A stretch of DNA of 64,000 bases, from IMG/VR virus record IMGVR_UViG_3300028888_000073, positions 32,001 to 96,000 of that record, one strand, 5' to 3'. Below the pieces are notes generated by a model. That model ran no database searches. It was not told where the DNA came from and saw only the letters and a list, made by a program, of their open reading frames with translations. This stretch comes from a virus. Lineage: Duplodnaviria > Caudoviricetes. Each line of letters opens with the position of its first letter. The stretch's first letter is position 1. This document shows, piece by piece, positions 1-10,393 of the stretch. A program made the translations under genes and the position numbers.

Positions 1-308
1 ACATCCTCAGATGCTAAACTATAAAACGCTTTCTTTCCCTCATCTGTAGGTAAACATCCGCCTACAAATATCTTTCTTCCGCCGCTCTTTCGTTTGTATA
101 ACTGAACCGCCAAAACCCTCTTATTCTTTGTCACAAGTTTCCAAATAAAGTCTGGATCAAGAAGTTCCTCTTTTTCGTCAATATTTGCAATTCCGCCAAT
201 TGCGGCATATGCGTTTTGTAAAATATTCCAAACTTGATCTAAATATTCTTCCTTCTTTGTCATATCAGAATCACTATCAAATAGTGTAACGTAATGCTCC
301 AAAAGCAC
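1..308 (-). CDS. Hypothetical protein, runs off window edge (MLLEHYVTLFDSDSDMTKKEEYLDQVWNILQNAYAAIGG...)
   Basis: Open frame read manually from GTG at about 308 to the window start, directly after the stop of the esterase gene. Confidence 0.7.
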   Translation of the reverse strand, partial: MLLEHYVTLFDSDSDMTKKEEYLDQVWNILQNAYAAIGGIANIDEKEELLDPDFIWKLVTKNKRVLAVQLYKRKSGGRKIFVGGCLPTDEGKKAFYSLASED

Positions 309-310
309 AT

Positions 311-910
311 TTACCACTTCCTATTATTAAAATCATTTTCCGCTTTTCTGAAAATAGTTGTAAATGCCGTATCAAACACATCTCTAGTCATTCTGTGTCC
401 AAATTCAGCAGTAATCATGTGAGATTTACGGTATGTAGTTTCAAAATCGGCGCTAAAGTTACAAACGTCATCATTCGTTCCGAAGATAGCATATGTTTCA
501 CAAATCATCTCGTCATCAACATTCTTCATGTGTGTATCATAAATATCTTTCAGCTTATTAACAAAATCATCATTGATTTCGTATGTCTGAATTCCGTCAT
601 CTCGCTTGCAAAAATACTCATGTGTACCATATCCGATTATCGTTGCCGTTTCATAAGCCTTAATTGCAGGATTAATCAGAATTTTCTGAACACCACTAAT
701 TGTCATCGCATAAAATCCGCCAAGACTTGCTCCAATAATCATGTTAATATCAAATTTATCACATGCATCCTCAATAAACTTAATTGCTTCTTTCGGGTCA
801 AACGGAATATCAAAGCTAAACACTTCATGGTTTTTGAAAGTTTCTCTAATCCAATTAACAGTGTTGCCATCTTTTCCACTTCCGATTCCATGAACATACA
901 TAATTCTCAT
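311..910 (-). CDS. YqiA/YcfP-like alpha/beta hydrolase (esterase)
   Basis: YVHGIGS N-terminus, GASLGG nucleophile elbow, LINPA, GTNDDV, GHR; GAGGAGG RBS before ATG 910. Confidence 0.85.
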   Translation of the reverse strand: MRIMYVHGIGSGKDGNTVNWIRETFKNHEVFSFDIPFDPKEAIKFIEDACDKFDINMIIGASLGGFYAMTISGVQKILINPAIKAYETATIIGYGTHEYFCKRDDGIQTYEINDDFVNKLKDIYDTHMKNVDDEMICETYAIFGTNDDVCNFSADFETTYRKSHMITAEFGHRMTRDVFDTAFTTIFRKAENDFNNRKW

Positions 911-952
911 AATGTACCTCCTCGACAAGTATCATACCTCGATTACAAATAT

Positions 953-981
953 AGTATAACATATTTTAAGTTACTTGTCAA
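953..981 (-). promoter_or_regulatory. sigma-A-type early promoter
   Basis: TTGACA-17-TATACT with extended TG. Confidence 0.85.
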
Positions 982-990
982 GATATTTTC

Positions 991-1030
991 CATAAAAATC
1001 TCTAACAAACATTTGCTAGAGATTTTTATG
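991..1030. terminator. Stem-loop, probable intrinsic terminator
   Basis: cataaaaatctcta...tagagatttttatg inverted repeat after the 1057 stop. Confidence 0.65.
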
Positions 1031-1056
1031 ATATTTGTGAATAATGCATAACATCT

Positions 1057-2673
1057 TTAATCCTGACCAAAGTCAGTATCAAGAATCCACTTAAATAGAT
1101 CATCCTTTGTTCTGAATGAGTCAATTGTAACTTTTCCTGCCCTTACAACATGATTAATTACTCTTGCGCCGTATTTTAGTGTTCTCAGTCCGCTCACAAC
1201 CTCAATTGAAGAACTTCTACCATTCATACGCATAAACAGTTCAAGACCATCTTCTGTCTGCGCAGGATACCATGTATCATACTGCTTGTCACTAAAGAAA
1301 TTCTCTAACGGCTGTCTAGTTGAGTTGTTATAATCATCTGTGACAGTAACTAGGTCAGCTTTAGTAAATCCTGCGTCATACCACTTCAAATCAAGTAATT
1401 TCTCCGCAGACATTTCTTTTAGTTCTCTGGTAGTATATGTATTTCTCCAATCATAATCAAGATAACTTTCACATAACTCTAGGGATTCAGACATCGGCGG
1501 ATCAAGATACCCACGCTTAACATTCACATCGGTTCCAGTATCATCTATCCAATTTCTTATAAATTCAAGTATTCTTACGTACTGATCCCATGTTCCAAAA
1601 AAGTATAATCTTGCAAAATTGTCCTGAACATCTAACTCATACTCGGCGCTATCATATCCGTAACTCTTTGCTAAATTATCATCATCAAACATAAAATCAC
1701 TATCATCTAAGTATTGTTGTAAATCTGATAATAATTGTTCATTTGGCGGGTATATTGTAATTCCATAATTATCTGCTCGACTATTGAATGATTCATCTTT
1801 CTTTAACTTCTTATTCAGCTTATCAATCATATTTCCTGCCCATTTAGATAGTTCTGGATCATCATTTTTATTCCATACTTGTAAATTGTTTAATGCCTTA
1901 GTAATCTTTCCAAGACCTTTTTTCTTTGCAAGTTTTTCAAAATGAGACATAGGAAGATCATTTACACTCTTACCTTCTGGAACTTCAAGAATTCCGGGAT
2001 TCTTAACTTCAATTTCAGTGTCACCCTCACAAACTATCTTTGAAGTGTATTTTGTTTTAGACTCTGTAATATATGATTTTATGTTTAATTCATCTAATGC
2101 GGCTTTAATCGGGTCTGTCGGAGTAAAAAACGGAAAATCAAATTCACTATTATGGTAGTCCTTTAGTTCATACCCGTCTGAACCATCGAAAATTCCACAA
2201 ATACTATATGTTCCATAAGGCTCATAATATTCCAGAGTTGCAACAAGATCATAACCGCCTTTTTGTACAACCCAATTACCTACCTTATATTTGTTACGAT
2301 CACCAGAAAAGAACTTCTTTACCACAGATTTAATCTTGGAGTATGCTGACCTGTCAATAATATAATCAGAATCATTAACAGACTCTACCTTTGTTTGCTT
2401 ATCAGCAACACTTAATTTGGTGTTCTCACTCATACTGTTTATATAATCCAATTCATCATCAATGGATTCGTCTAGTTCATAATCTTCTTCATCTTCATAG
2501 CGTTCTGAAATTCCGTCTAAAACGGCATCAATAAAATCATCACTATGTCCTAATTTTTTAAGTTGTGTTGAAATAGAATTAAATGTTAAACTGTCATACT
2601 TCCATCTACTGTAGAAATAATTTACAGCTTTTTCAATATTATCAAAATTGCTCTTCTCTATCAGCTTAATCAT
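1057..2673 (-). CDS. Acidic multi-domain hypothetical protein, candidate head-internal polyprotein
   Basis: Start MIKLIE after GGGAGTG RBS; several internal xxES motifs separate apparent domains. Confidence 0.6.
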   Translation of the reverse strand: MIKLIEKSNFDNIEKAVNYFYSRWKYDSLTFNSISTQLKKLGHSDDFIDAVLDGISERYEDEEDYELDESIDDELDYINSMSENTKLSVADKQTKVESVNDSDYIIDRSAYSKIKSVVKKFFSGDRNKYKVGNWVVQKGGYDLVATLEYYEPYGTYSICGIFDGSDGYELKDYHNSEFDFPFFTPTDPIKAALDELNIKSYITESKTKYTSKIVCEGDTEIEVKNPGILEVPEGKSVNDLPMSHFEKLAKKKGLGKITKALNNLQVWNKNDDPELSKWAGNMIDKLNKKLKKDESFNSRADNYGITIYPPNEQLLSDLQQYLDDSDFMFDDDNLAKSYGYDSAEYELDVQDNFARLYFFGTWDQYVRILEFIRNWIDDTGTDVNVKRGYLDPPMSESLELCESYLDYDWRNTYTTRELKEMSAEKLLDLKWYDAGFTKADLVTVTDDYNNSTRQPLENFFSDKQYDTWYPAQTEDGLELFMRMNGRSSSIEVVSGLRTLKYGARVINHVVRAGKVTIDSFRTKDDLFKWILDTDFGQD

Positions 2674-2846
2674 ACAAACACTCCCATAGTACAAATTATC
2701 AATATCTTCTATATTTGTCCATATAAAAAGGACTCGGTAGTTTTACGTGATCCATACCATAACCGGATACTACAAAATAGAAAATCAACTATTCTGTTTT
2801 GTAGTATTACTTAGCGTCACACTTATATATCATGTGTAACTAGCAG

Positions 2847-3290
2847 TCAGTATTTCATCCAATACTGCTGTTTACCATCGCCGTAAAAATCTCCAGTTTC
2901 GTAAACTTCAAAACCATAGTTTTTATACATATTTACAGCGCGTGTGTTGTCAACGTCTACAGTTAGATCACGCCCGCCAAACTTACGAACACAATCATCT
3001 AGCAATATTTTGCCGAAACCCATACCACGATATTCCGGCTGAACCTGAACATTAAATATAAATCCTTTATTTTCACCAGAATGATAAACAAATGCATGAC
3101 CTATCTGATCATCTGTTTCGGGATCAACAAGAACCTCTCCAACTGTCTCACGATTTAATTGTTTATAATACTTACGACATTCATTATCAGTTTTTAGGTA
3201 TTCTGTTGCTTCCTTAGATGGGACAAAATATCTAATAAAATCACGATTATTGCTATTTCTGATATCAGATTCATTGATCATAAGTTTCAC
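2847..3290 (-). CDS. GNAT family acetyltransferase
   Basis: VQPEYRGMGFGKILL (motif A), DNTRAVNMYKNYGF (motif B); GTG start MKLMINES after GAGGTG. Confidence 0.9.
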   Translation of the reverse strand: MKLMINESDIRNSNNRDFIRYFVPSKEATEYLKTDNECRKYYKQLNRETVGEVLVDPETDDQIGHAFVYHSGENKGFIFNVQVQPEYRGMGFGKILLDDCVRKFGGRDLTVDVDNTRAVNMYKNYGFEVYETGDFYGDGKQQYWMKY

Positions 3291-3367
3291 AATAACACAC
3301 CTCAATCTATAACAAAACACATGCACCTAATGTCTATGCATTAAGTGCATGTGTTTAATGCATTTAA

Positions 3368-3676
3368 TTATCTTCTTCTAAATTTTCTATTTCTTCTGAC
3401 AGATTCGGTGCGACCATTAGAACGTCTACGTCTTCTGTCTACAGATTCATCAAATTCATCTTCAGTGTCTCTGTTTTCCCATTCATCAAATTCATTCATT
3501 CTGAAGATAAAAGCTAGGCATTTTGCAAGTTCTTCATCGCCAAGACATCTAACAATTTGAGAATCAAGTTCTTCCTTACCAAAGTAGTCACATGCAAAAT
3601 CATATGCTTCTCTAGCTTCCCAATCGTTTACTACCCAACCATAACTTTCAGCTTCGTTAAATTCTCTCTTTACCAT
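3368..3676 (-). CDS. Hypothetical protein, acidic with Arg-rich tail
   Basis: ORF with GAGGTG RBS. Confidence 0.7.
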   Translation of the reverse strand: MVKREFNEAESYGWVVNDWEAREAYDFACDYFGKEELDSQIVRCLGDEELAKCLAFIFRMNEFDEWENRDTEDEFDESVDRRRRRSNGRTESVRRNRKFRRR

Positions 3677-3803
3677 AATTAATTCACCTCAAAATAAATT
3701 TATAATTTACATAAATTTCGCATATAATCACTATCATTATAGTGATCTGATATATTATAATGTTAGTTATTCCATATGTTTAATGAAATATGTGTAAATA
3801 TTA

Positions 3804-4859
3804 TTAAAGACCTAATTCTTCAAGCGTCTTATTTCCACCCTGTCTTTCAGGCACATCACCGCCAAGAATCTCAGCGACTTCAAAATCATCAAGCAATCTA
3901 TCGACTTTTATATGTCCAGTAATGACCCACGGAACAGTATCAGGTCTTGGATTTGTGCGATACTTATAATAACCTCTTGTCGGAAGTTTCGGAAGTCCTG
4001 CAAGTGAGTGCTGATATTTATCAGAACGGTACGTTGTTCCATCTGCTCTAGTTCTCATATATCCCTGATCATCTGCTTCTGACTGATAATCAATATCCAT
4101 TACGTAATCACACAGTCCCCAAACAAAGTCATACGGAAAATAAACCTCTCCGGTATTAGCAAGAACTTTGTAGTATGTATCTTCGTCCTGTACGTAAAAC
4201 ACCTTATCATTATTTGCTTGTTTAGCATAATTACTAATAAATGTTTTCATTGTTTTTACTGATTTTGCATCTTCCGTTGGCTCAGTTGAAACCCAAGTAA
4301 CCGATCTATCAAACTGTGGCGCTCTTGGTAGATCGCCTAAATGAAAACCCGGTCGATACGAAAGTTGAGAAGACCCTATACTTTTCACCTGCGGTCTACC
4401 AGTCTTAGAAAGTCCTGCAAATTCTCCCTCTTCTGCGTCAAGCCAAACACCAATAGGAGTATCTTCTCCACCTGCGTTTGCAACCATTGGTGGATACAGC
4501 TTACCATTCTTTACACGGAACACTTTGTACGCTTTGCCAGTTTTAGATTCAGAAAAGTCCATTTCAGAAATTTTTTCGTTAATACGTAGCTTGATCGGTG
4601 TTCTAACACGTTCAAACATATCATAATCAATTACCGCAGAACATTTGTTTTGAATATGCTTTGCAATGGCGTAAACTGTTTTAGATTCACTTCCTGATCC
4701 TGTAATATCAAACTCGCGCTCAATGTCCTCACACAACTCTTCAAGTGTCGGAATAAAACCTCTTACGGCGTGATAAGAAACCTGCTCATCAATATAATTA
4801 TTTATATCTGTAGAATGAGCAATAATATAATCATGCTTATATTGTCCAAGTCTATCCAT
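3804..4859 (-). CDS. Hypothetical protein; C-terminal domain (YKVF..KNGKLYP...YRPGFH) recalled from large polyvalent phage proteins
   Basis: Long ORF with GGAG RBS; the domain similarity is from memory only. Confidence 0.55.
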   Translation of the reverse strand: MDRLGQYKHDYIIAHSTDINNYIDEQVSYHAVRGFIPTLEELCEDIEREFDITGSGSESKTVYAIAKHIQNKCSAVIDYDMFERVRTPIKLRINEKISEMDFSESKTGKAYKVFRVKNGKLYPPMVANAGGEDTPIGVWLDAEEGEFAGLSKTGRPQVKSIGSSQLSYRPGFHLGDLPRAPQFDRSVTWVSTEPTEDAKSVKTMKTFISNYAKQANNDKVFYVQDEDTYYKVLANTGEVYFPYDFVWGLCDYVMDIDYQSEADDQGYMRTRADGTTYRSDKYQHSLAGLPKLPTRGYYKYRTNPRPDTVPWVITGHIKVDRLLDDFEVAEILGGDVPERQGGNKTLEELGL

Positions 4860-4874
4860 TCTATAAAAACTCCT

Positions 4875-5714
4875 TTACGCATATTCTTCATTATCTACAT
4901 AGTCAAGATTTCTTGCATACTTCTTGTCATATTTAATCTCAGTATCCTCAGATCCACATTCAGGACAGTACGCATACCCCTGTAATAGATCATCAAATAA
5001 TCTGCTACTTCTTCTGCTATGAATCGGATCAAACTTTTCAACATATCCACAATCATTACATTTGAAATAGTTTCCGGTTGCTTGTGCTATTGCGGCTTCA
5101 TCATCATGCATAATATAAGGCTCATACGTTTCTCCATCACTAGACAGCTTGTATGAATCAATGTCGCCGCCGCAAATACCGCATTTGTATAACGATGGAT
5201 CGGCTATCTTTTTACAGAACTTTGCAAATGATGCAACATTCTTATCACACTTCGGGCAATATAAAACATATGGTTTCTTTGCAAGTAAACTTCTGAACAG
5301 TTTCGACTCACCATCATCAGCATGTGTATCAATAACTACACCTAAAACGTCACCGATGATTTTTCCCCACTTGTGGAACTCTCTGCCATGATTGAAACAT
5401 CCGTTTATTGTGTGACAAAATTCATGTGCCAACACAGAAAGAACTATTTTATCATCTCTGTCTTCAATCTTAGATAGATTTGGATTTAGTGATATTGTAT
5501 AATCATATACATCGCCATCCGATCCTGTATAGTCATACTTCCTAGAACAACGCCCTAACACCTTTCTATTACTCATTCTTATGTCATTTCCAAGTGTTTT
5601 GCGAATGTGATCAAAAGGAATCGGAATTTCTGGATGTTGTTCTAACTGATCCCACGCAAATTCAAATACAAATTGCATATCATCCTTTGTGTATTCTTCC
5701 AGTATCATTAACAT
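4875..5714 (-). CDS. SprT-like zinc metalloprotease with Zn ribbons
   Basis: LGRC, HEFCH (HExxH), HGREF, four CxxC pairs. Confidence 0.85.
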   Translation of the reverse strand: MLMILEEYTKDDMQFVFEFAWDQLEQHPEIPIPFDHIRKTLGNDIRMSNRKVLGRCSRKYDYTGSDGDVYDYTISLNPNLSKIEDRDDKIVLSVLAHEFCHTINGCFNHGREFHKWGKIIGDVLGVVIDTHADDGESKLFRSLLAKKPYVLYCPKCDKNVASFAKFCKKIADPSLYKCGICGGDIDSYKLSSDGETYEPYIMHDDEAAIAQATGNYFKCNDCGYVEKFDPIHSRRSSRLFDDLLQGYAYCPECGSEDTEIKYDKKYARNLDYVDNEEYA

Positions 5715-5722
5715 ATCACCAC

Positions 5723-5908
5723 TCAATCACCTGAACCATCTGAAAAGTAAATGAAATCATCATCGTCATCATCTTCACAGTCATCATACACAGGTTCTTT
5801 TGTAAAATCATCTACTACATCATGATATTTATTATACCAATAACAATTTATACCACAATGCTCACAGATAACAGATGATGTTTCTTCACCACAATGTTTA
5901 CAAATCAT
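5723..5908 (-). CDS. Small Zn-ribbon protein with acidic tail
   Basis: CKHC...CEHC. Confidence 0.6.
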   Translation of the reverse strand: MICKHCGEETSSVICEHCGINCYWYNKYHDVVDDFTKEPVYDDCEDDDDDDFIYFSDGSGD

Positions 5909-5926
5909 TATGAATCATCGTCCTCA

Positions 5927-6529
5927 TTAAACATAATCTGTTCCTACACGATCAATCCACTCTGTAATATATCCAAATAGATCATCAAGATATGTAGCAG
6001 ATGCATCATCGTACTCTCCATCGTAGTCAAACGTGGCTGTCCACGCATCGTGAATATTTGTATTTGAATGTTCAAGCATTATAGTTGTCAGTTCCTTGTG
6101 TTCATAAGAAGAATATAGAATTACTTCAAATGAATCATAATGACCTCCAGCCATATGAGTACCTTTAACATCAATTGTGTATCCGTTATCATCGACATAT
6201 TCTTGAAGCCTATCTGTAAATTCCTGAAAATCAAGAATTGCAGAAGAACTAGCCTGAGATTCAGCAAATAATTCATTTTTTACGTTTGAGAACTTCAAAG
6301 ATTCACTTACTTCTCCATTATCAGTGCCAAAAGTCTTTACATAAGTATAACATGAAACGGATGGATTCTTTCCAGATTTTATGGCATTTTTAATATACTG
6401 CTTGGCTCCAATTTCAATAACAGCTTGGTTGACACCAAAATCTACTATTTTATTATCGCTATCATCTACAAGTATATATCGTTTAACTTCTTTTTCATTA
6501 TTAGATTTTTCATTAATGTTCAATTTCAT
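5927..6529 (-). CDS. Hypothetical protein (MKLNINE tag)
   Basis: ORF with AAGGTG RBS. Confidence 0.7.
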   Translation of the reverse strand: MKLNINEKSNNEKEVKRYILVDDSDNKIVDFGVNQAVIEIGAKQYIKNAIKSGKNPSVSCYTYVKTFGTDNGEVSESLKFSNVKNELFAESQASSSAILDFQEFTDRLQEYVDDNGYTIDVKGTHMAGGHYDSFEVILYSSYEHKELTTIMLEHSNTNIHDAWTATFDYDGEYDDASATYLDDLFGYITEWIDRVGTDYV

Positions 6530-6701
6530 TAGTAATCACCTTCCATAGATTTTTCAAATCTGTTTTTATATTCCAGACATTCAATATATGTTTCAAGTGC
6601 AACTTGCTTTGCTTCCTGAACAGTATATGCAGAAGTTGTGACAATTATAATGCGCACAAATCATTGTAAGTCACTCTTTTCCGAAAAAGTTGCACAAATA
6701 A

Positions 6702-7313
6702 TCACCAATTTCTTGAAATTAGTCTGTGTTCAGAAGCATAATCATATATCATATCAAAAATGTCTTTTGATGTATTAATTACCATTTTTCCAAAGTCCTT
6801 ATTTACTTTTTTCCAACGACAATCGTAAATTTCATCTCCAAAATAAGCGGCATAATTTGATATTGCATAAGAATCTTCCTTAGTAACATACGGGATTTCT
6901 CGTTCTTCAATATCTTCACTATCAGAATAATAGGACTCAGTAAATGATTTTCCAACCTCTCTATCGAGAAATTTCTTAAAAGAATGTTTCCATGTTTTTC
7001 CATATCCCCCGCTGAAAAATTCTTTTCCGTAGTATGTTCCGCGATTACCATTAAATCTGTCATAAACAGTAAATTCTGCGGAAACTCTTGTATCTCTGTC
7101 TGCTTTAGGATCAATATAAATTGTATATGTCCACAATTCATAATTGTTTCCATCGCCAACCATAACACCACCATTTGTTACTCTAGCACTAAGTTTGTCA
7201 GCATTGCTAGCATCAGCAACAATATGTCTAATTGCTTCTTTTTGATCTAAATATGCACCACCAGATTTCTTATTATATCTATCAATAACATCTGATTCAT
7301 AAATCAACTTCAT
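6702..7313 (-). CDS. Hypothetical protein (MKLIYES tag)
   Basis: ORF with AGGAGTG RBS. Confidence 0.7.
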   Translation of the reverse strand: MKLIYESDVIDRYNKKSGGAYLDQKEAIRHIVADASNADKLSARVTNGGVMVGDGNNYELWTYTIYIDPKADRDTRVSAEFTVYDRFNGNRGTYYGKEFFSGGYGKTWKHSFKKFLDREVGKSFTESYYSDSEDIEEREIPYVTKEDSYAISNYAAYFGDEIYDCRWKKVNKDFGKMVINTSKDIFDMIYDYASEHRLISRNW

Positions 7314-7326
7314 TATATTCACTCCT

Positions 7327-7749
7327 TTATTTTCTACAATTATGACAAGTATAATGATCTATTCCGGCACGTTCTCCAAGCATAGTCCAAGTTATGTGAG
7401 GAATAGTCGGAAGATCAAGATTATAGTAATCTACTATCTTTTGCTTACATTCTTTATTGTTTATACACTTATCTAAAAATACTATGCATGTATACTCTTC
7501 AAACTTTCCATCAAAATCATATTCAGGGTCAATCATTATCCGACCTCTAGGAAAATAATCCCATGACATGCGCTTGTCGCCAACTGTATAATCATCAGAA
7601 AACGTATTCCAAGTATTCTTATGTGTTTTACCGTTCAAGTCATATCCATAATTATATTGCGGAACTTCTGACGTAATCCCTACGACATCACCGTCAATTA
7701 TCCAGAAAAATCCCTCATAAGGATAATTTCTATTTTCGGTAAGTTTCAT
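7327..7749 (-). CDS. Hypothetical protein (MKLTE tag; GFFW...DYFPRGR...HYTC)
   Basis: ORF with GAGGGTG RBS. Confidence 0.7.
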   Translation of the reverse strand: MKLTENRNYPYEGFFWIIDGDVVGITSEVPQYNYGYDLNGKTHKNTWNTFSDDYTVGDKRMSWDYFPRGRIMIDPEYDFDGKFEEYTCIVFLDKCINNKECKQKIVDYYNLDLPTIPHITWTMLGERAGIDHYTCHNCRK

Positions 7750-7753
7750 TACA

Positions 7754-8674
7754 TTAGTCACCCTCTACAACTGAACTCTTTTTCAGCTTATGGAACAGAC
7801 CGTTAAATCTATCGTTATAGCAGTCAATATAGAAATCTTCATATCCATCAAATAGGTGTAAACGCTTTCTCTTATCATGGTATCCGCTAATGTCATCATC
7901 TCTGTCATACTCAATCTCAACTACCTTATATGGAATGTATCCTTTATTTCCACCATTCGGAAGATGTCCGAACTGGAAATCTCTTATAATATAGTCACCT
8001 TTTTTTAGCGTAAGCGGATCACAGTTATAGTCATCAATATGATCTTCAACCTGACAGAAGAGTGTGTATGGTTGACCTAGTTTCAAATGGTCTAAATGTT
8101 CACAAATCGGTGTACGCTTTCTACGAACACTAGCAGACATGATACTCTCTGTGTATCCCTGTGCGCCGCATTGTGTGATTCTTGATATGAAATACTTCAT
8201 CTGAGATGTGAAGAATCTTGTCCACTCATCTAGTGTAGATTGAATGTCGGAAGAAAAGTTATTGTAAATAGATGAAATATATTCAATTACAGTATTTACT
8301 ACAAGAGATATTGCCTGTACGCCTGTTTCAAGTGTAAACGAACCGCCGCCAATATCAACTGTCCATAGATCACCGACAATATCACTTGCATTGTTAATGT
8401 TGCGAATATATGAACCATCTTCACAATACATCTCAAACGCCGCATCTGCACAATCCCACAGCTTATAATAAATCTCATACGCCTTTTCATGAAGTTCCTT
8501 GAAGTTTTCGCCGCAAGCGTTAATGTGAATTGTGTGAACATCATTAGACGCAAGTGTTAGAATATATCCAAGTGTTTCAAGTGAATTATTGCTCTGCTCT
8601 GAATCAACACCTACCACAGTATCAGGAATCGGAGCGAATTCAGAATTATAGTCCTCATTTCTAATCTCGATCAT
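7754..8674 (-). CDS. Dps/ferritin-like domain protein with C-terminal extension
   Basis: HINACGENFKELHEKAYEIY..L.DCADAAFE resembles Dps HWNVxGxxFxxLHxxFEExY...DxxAE. Confidence 0.65.
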   Translation of the reverse strand: MIEIRNEDYNSEFAPIPDTVVGVDSEQSNNSLETLGYILTLASNDVHTIHINACGENFKELHEKAYEIYYKLWDCADAAFEMYCEDGSYIRNINNASDIVGDLWTVDIGGGSFTLETGVQAISLVVNTVIEYISSIYNNFSSDIQSTLDEWTRFFTSQMKYFISRITQCGAQGYTESIMSASVRRKRTPICEHLDHLKLGQPYTLFCQVEDHIDDYNCDPLTLKKGDYIIRDFQFGHLPNGGNKGYIPYKVVEIEYDRDDDISGYHDKRKRLHLFDGYEDFYIDCYNDRFNGLFHKLKKSSVVEGD

Positions 8675-8680
8675 AGCACA

Positions 8681-9040
8681 TTATCCCACCTTGTTCTTTA
8701 TATCTTTTACAATTAAAATTGCTGTTTGAATATCAACTGATATTGAATCAGCACGTTTCGTATTTCGTGTACAATCAATACGCACATCACGCTTACCGTC
8801 ATTCAGAACCTCTATATACATTCTTGTCATGCGATCTCTTGTATACCTAACACGAATGTTAACATCATCTGATACAATTATTCTAAAGTTTCCGTCATTG
8901 TTGTCAATATATCTTACGCCCATATTATCTGCAACGGATATTAGCTTATCCTTTAGAGATTCACCTTTATCTGAATCCGCGTTCATATCGAATTCAAAAT
9001 CATCCGCATCTTCATAAATACGTTTATATCTCGGATACAC
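8681..9040 (-). CDS. Hypothetical protein
   Basis: ORF in operon. Confidence 0.65.
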   Translation of the reverse strand: MYPRYKRIYEDADDFEFDMNADSDKGESLKDKLISVADNMGVRYIDNNDGNFRIIVSDDVNIRVRYTRDRMTRMYIEVLNDGKRDVRIDCTRNTKRADSISVDIQTAILIVKDIKNKVG

Positions 9041-9055
9041 TAATCATCCCACCAA

Positions 9056-9274
9056 TCAATTATAGTTTAGTTTATCGAATAAACTTTCTGTAATATCTGC
9101 ATTCGGCATCATGCCGTGATCTCTCTGAAAGTTACACAGTGCTTTGATATATTTCTTATCCCGTTTATATGGAGTAGATTCATTTTCACTTAGATACCCT
9201 AATTTAATCAGCTTTTCCTGTATCCAGTTGATTCTAACTTTCATTGGCATATTTGAAAAACTTGTGTATTTCAT
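9056..9274 (-). CDS. Peptidoglycan-binding (PG_binding_1-like) domain protein
   Basis: WIQEKLIKLGYL...KALCNFQRDHGM. Confidence 0.7.
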   Translation of the reverse strand: MKYTSFSNMPMKVRINWIQEKLIKLGYLSENESTPYKRDKKYIKALCNFQRDHGMMPNADITESLFDKLNYN

Positions 9275-9675
9275 TCTTCATCCTCCACATCAAAACAATA
9301 ATTACATGAAATATACACGATCTTATCTATAACCTTTTTAAGATTTTCAATGCACTTACAAACAAAGTCGTAAGACCTTTCAGAGATAATTGATTCGCAC
9401 TGCTTGATAAAAGATGTACACGCTTTATAAAATTCTTCACTAATCGCTCTGAGGTCGGATTCAGTTTCGCATGTACCATCAAGCAACTGCTCAATAACAG
9501 CATAGAATGTATTACACAGATTTTGATAATACTCATAAATCTTGTAATACACTGGTTGCTTTGTCAATTCACGCTTAATATCAATGAGGTAAACATCACT
9601 TCGTTTTTTGTATTTAATAACTAAATCTTCATCAACAAATAGATGCTTTACTTCCGGAGCATTAAGAAAAATCAT
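9271..9675 (-). CDS. Hypothetical protein
   Basis: ORF, ATGA overlap with the next gene. Confidence 0.65.
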   Translation of the reverse strand: MIFLNAPEVKHLFVDEDLVIKYKKRSDVYLIDIKRELTKQPVYYKIYEYYQNLCNTFYAVIEQLLDGTCETESDLRAISEEFYKACTSFIKQCESIISERSYDFVCKCIENLKKVIDKIVYISCNYCFDVEDEE

Positions 9676-9676
9676 A

Positions 9677-10384
9677 TTAATATCCCCTAACGATTAACTC
9701 TGATTTAATATCTCTCACCGCTGTAAGAATATCAGACAGATTTTTATCACCTCTTAGAAGATTCTCAACAATTGCGAGCGACTTCACAGCATTAGATCCG
9801 TTACGCTTACTAGATTTTCTGCTTAAACTTTCATCCATTTCTTCATCTTCATCATCCGGAAGCAGGTCATCCTTAAATTCATCAACATCAATTGCAACAT
9901 CATACAGTGATCCAGTAATGCCGATAATATTATTGAGTGTTTCTGCATCCTCTTCGTCAACAACTGCGGTCAGTGCTTCTGCGGAGTCAGCTACATCAAG
10001 AATATCATTGTACAGCTTATCAAGACCGTCTACTAGATTATCAGGTTCATCAGCGTAATCTTCTTCCGGATCAACAGTATCAAATTCTTCATCCTCTTCT
10101 ACAAGTCGCTTATCGTCATATACGTTTGACAGCATATTCAGAGTATTGATAGATTCATTGATTCTATTAACAACATCGTTTGTATTATCAACGCTGACCT
10201 TAATGCTATCAATTGTCTTACCCTTTTTGTCTGTAATAGACATCTGATACTTTGTAGCAGTGACAACGCCCTCTAGTGTCAGCATACCGCTAACAACACG
10301 GAATCTGTGATCTTTCGGATTCTTTGAAACCTTTGCAGTCACATTAGCTTTCTTAAAAACTTTAGCAAGAAACTCATTTGTCAT
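9677..10384 (-). CDS. Acidic hypothetical protein
   Basis: ORF with GAGGT RBS. Confidence 0.7.
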   Translation of the reverse strand: MTNEFLAKVFKKANVTAKVSKNPKDHRFRVVSGMLTLEGVVTATKYQMSITDKKGKTIDSIKVSVDNTNDVVNRINESINTLNMLSNVYDDKRLVEEDEEFDTVDPEEDYADEPDNLVDGLDKLYNDILDVADSAEALTAVVDEEDAETLNNIIGITGSLYDVAIDVDEFKDDLLPDDEDEEMDESLSRKSSKRNGSNAVKSLAIVENLLRGDKNLSDILTAVRDIKSELIVRGY

Positions 10385-10393
10385 ATTATTACC

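Noticed and set aside
395-1051. 218-aa plus-strand ORF and the many other short antisense or alternate-frame ORFs in the track
   Set aside because: They overlap well-supported genes that have RBSs and motifs, and lack their own signals.
6530-6700. Possible small or frameshifted gene in this gap
   Set aside because: Only short frames broken by TGA; I could not identify a convincing product.
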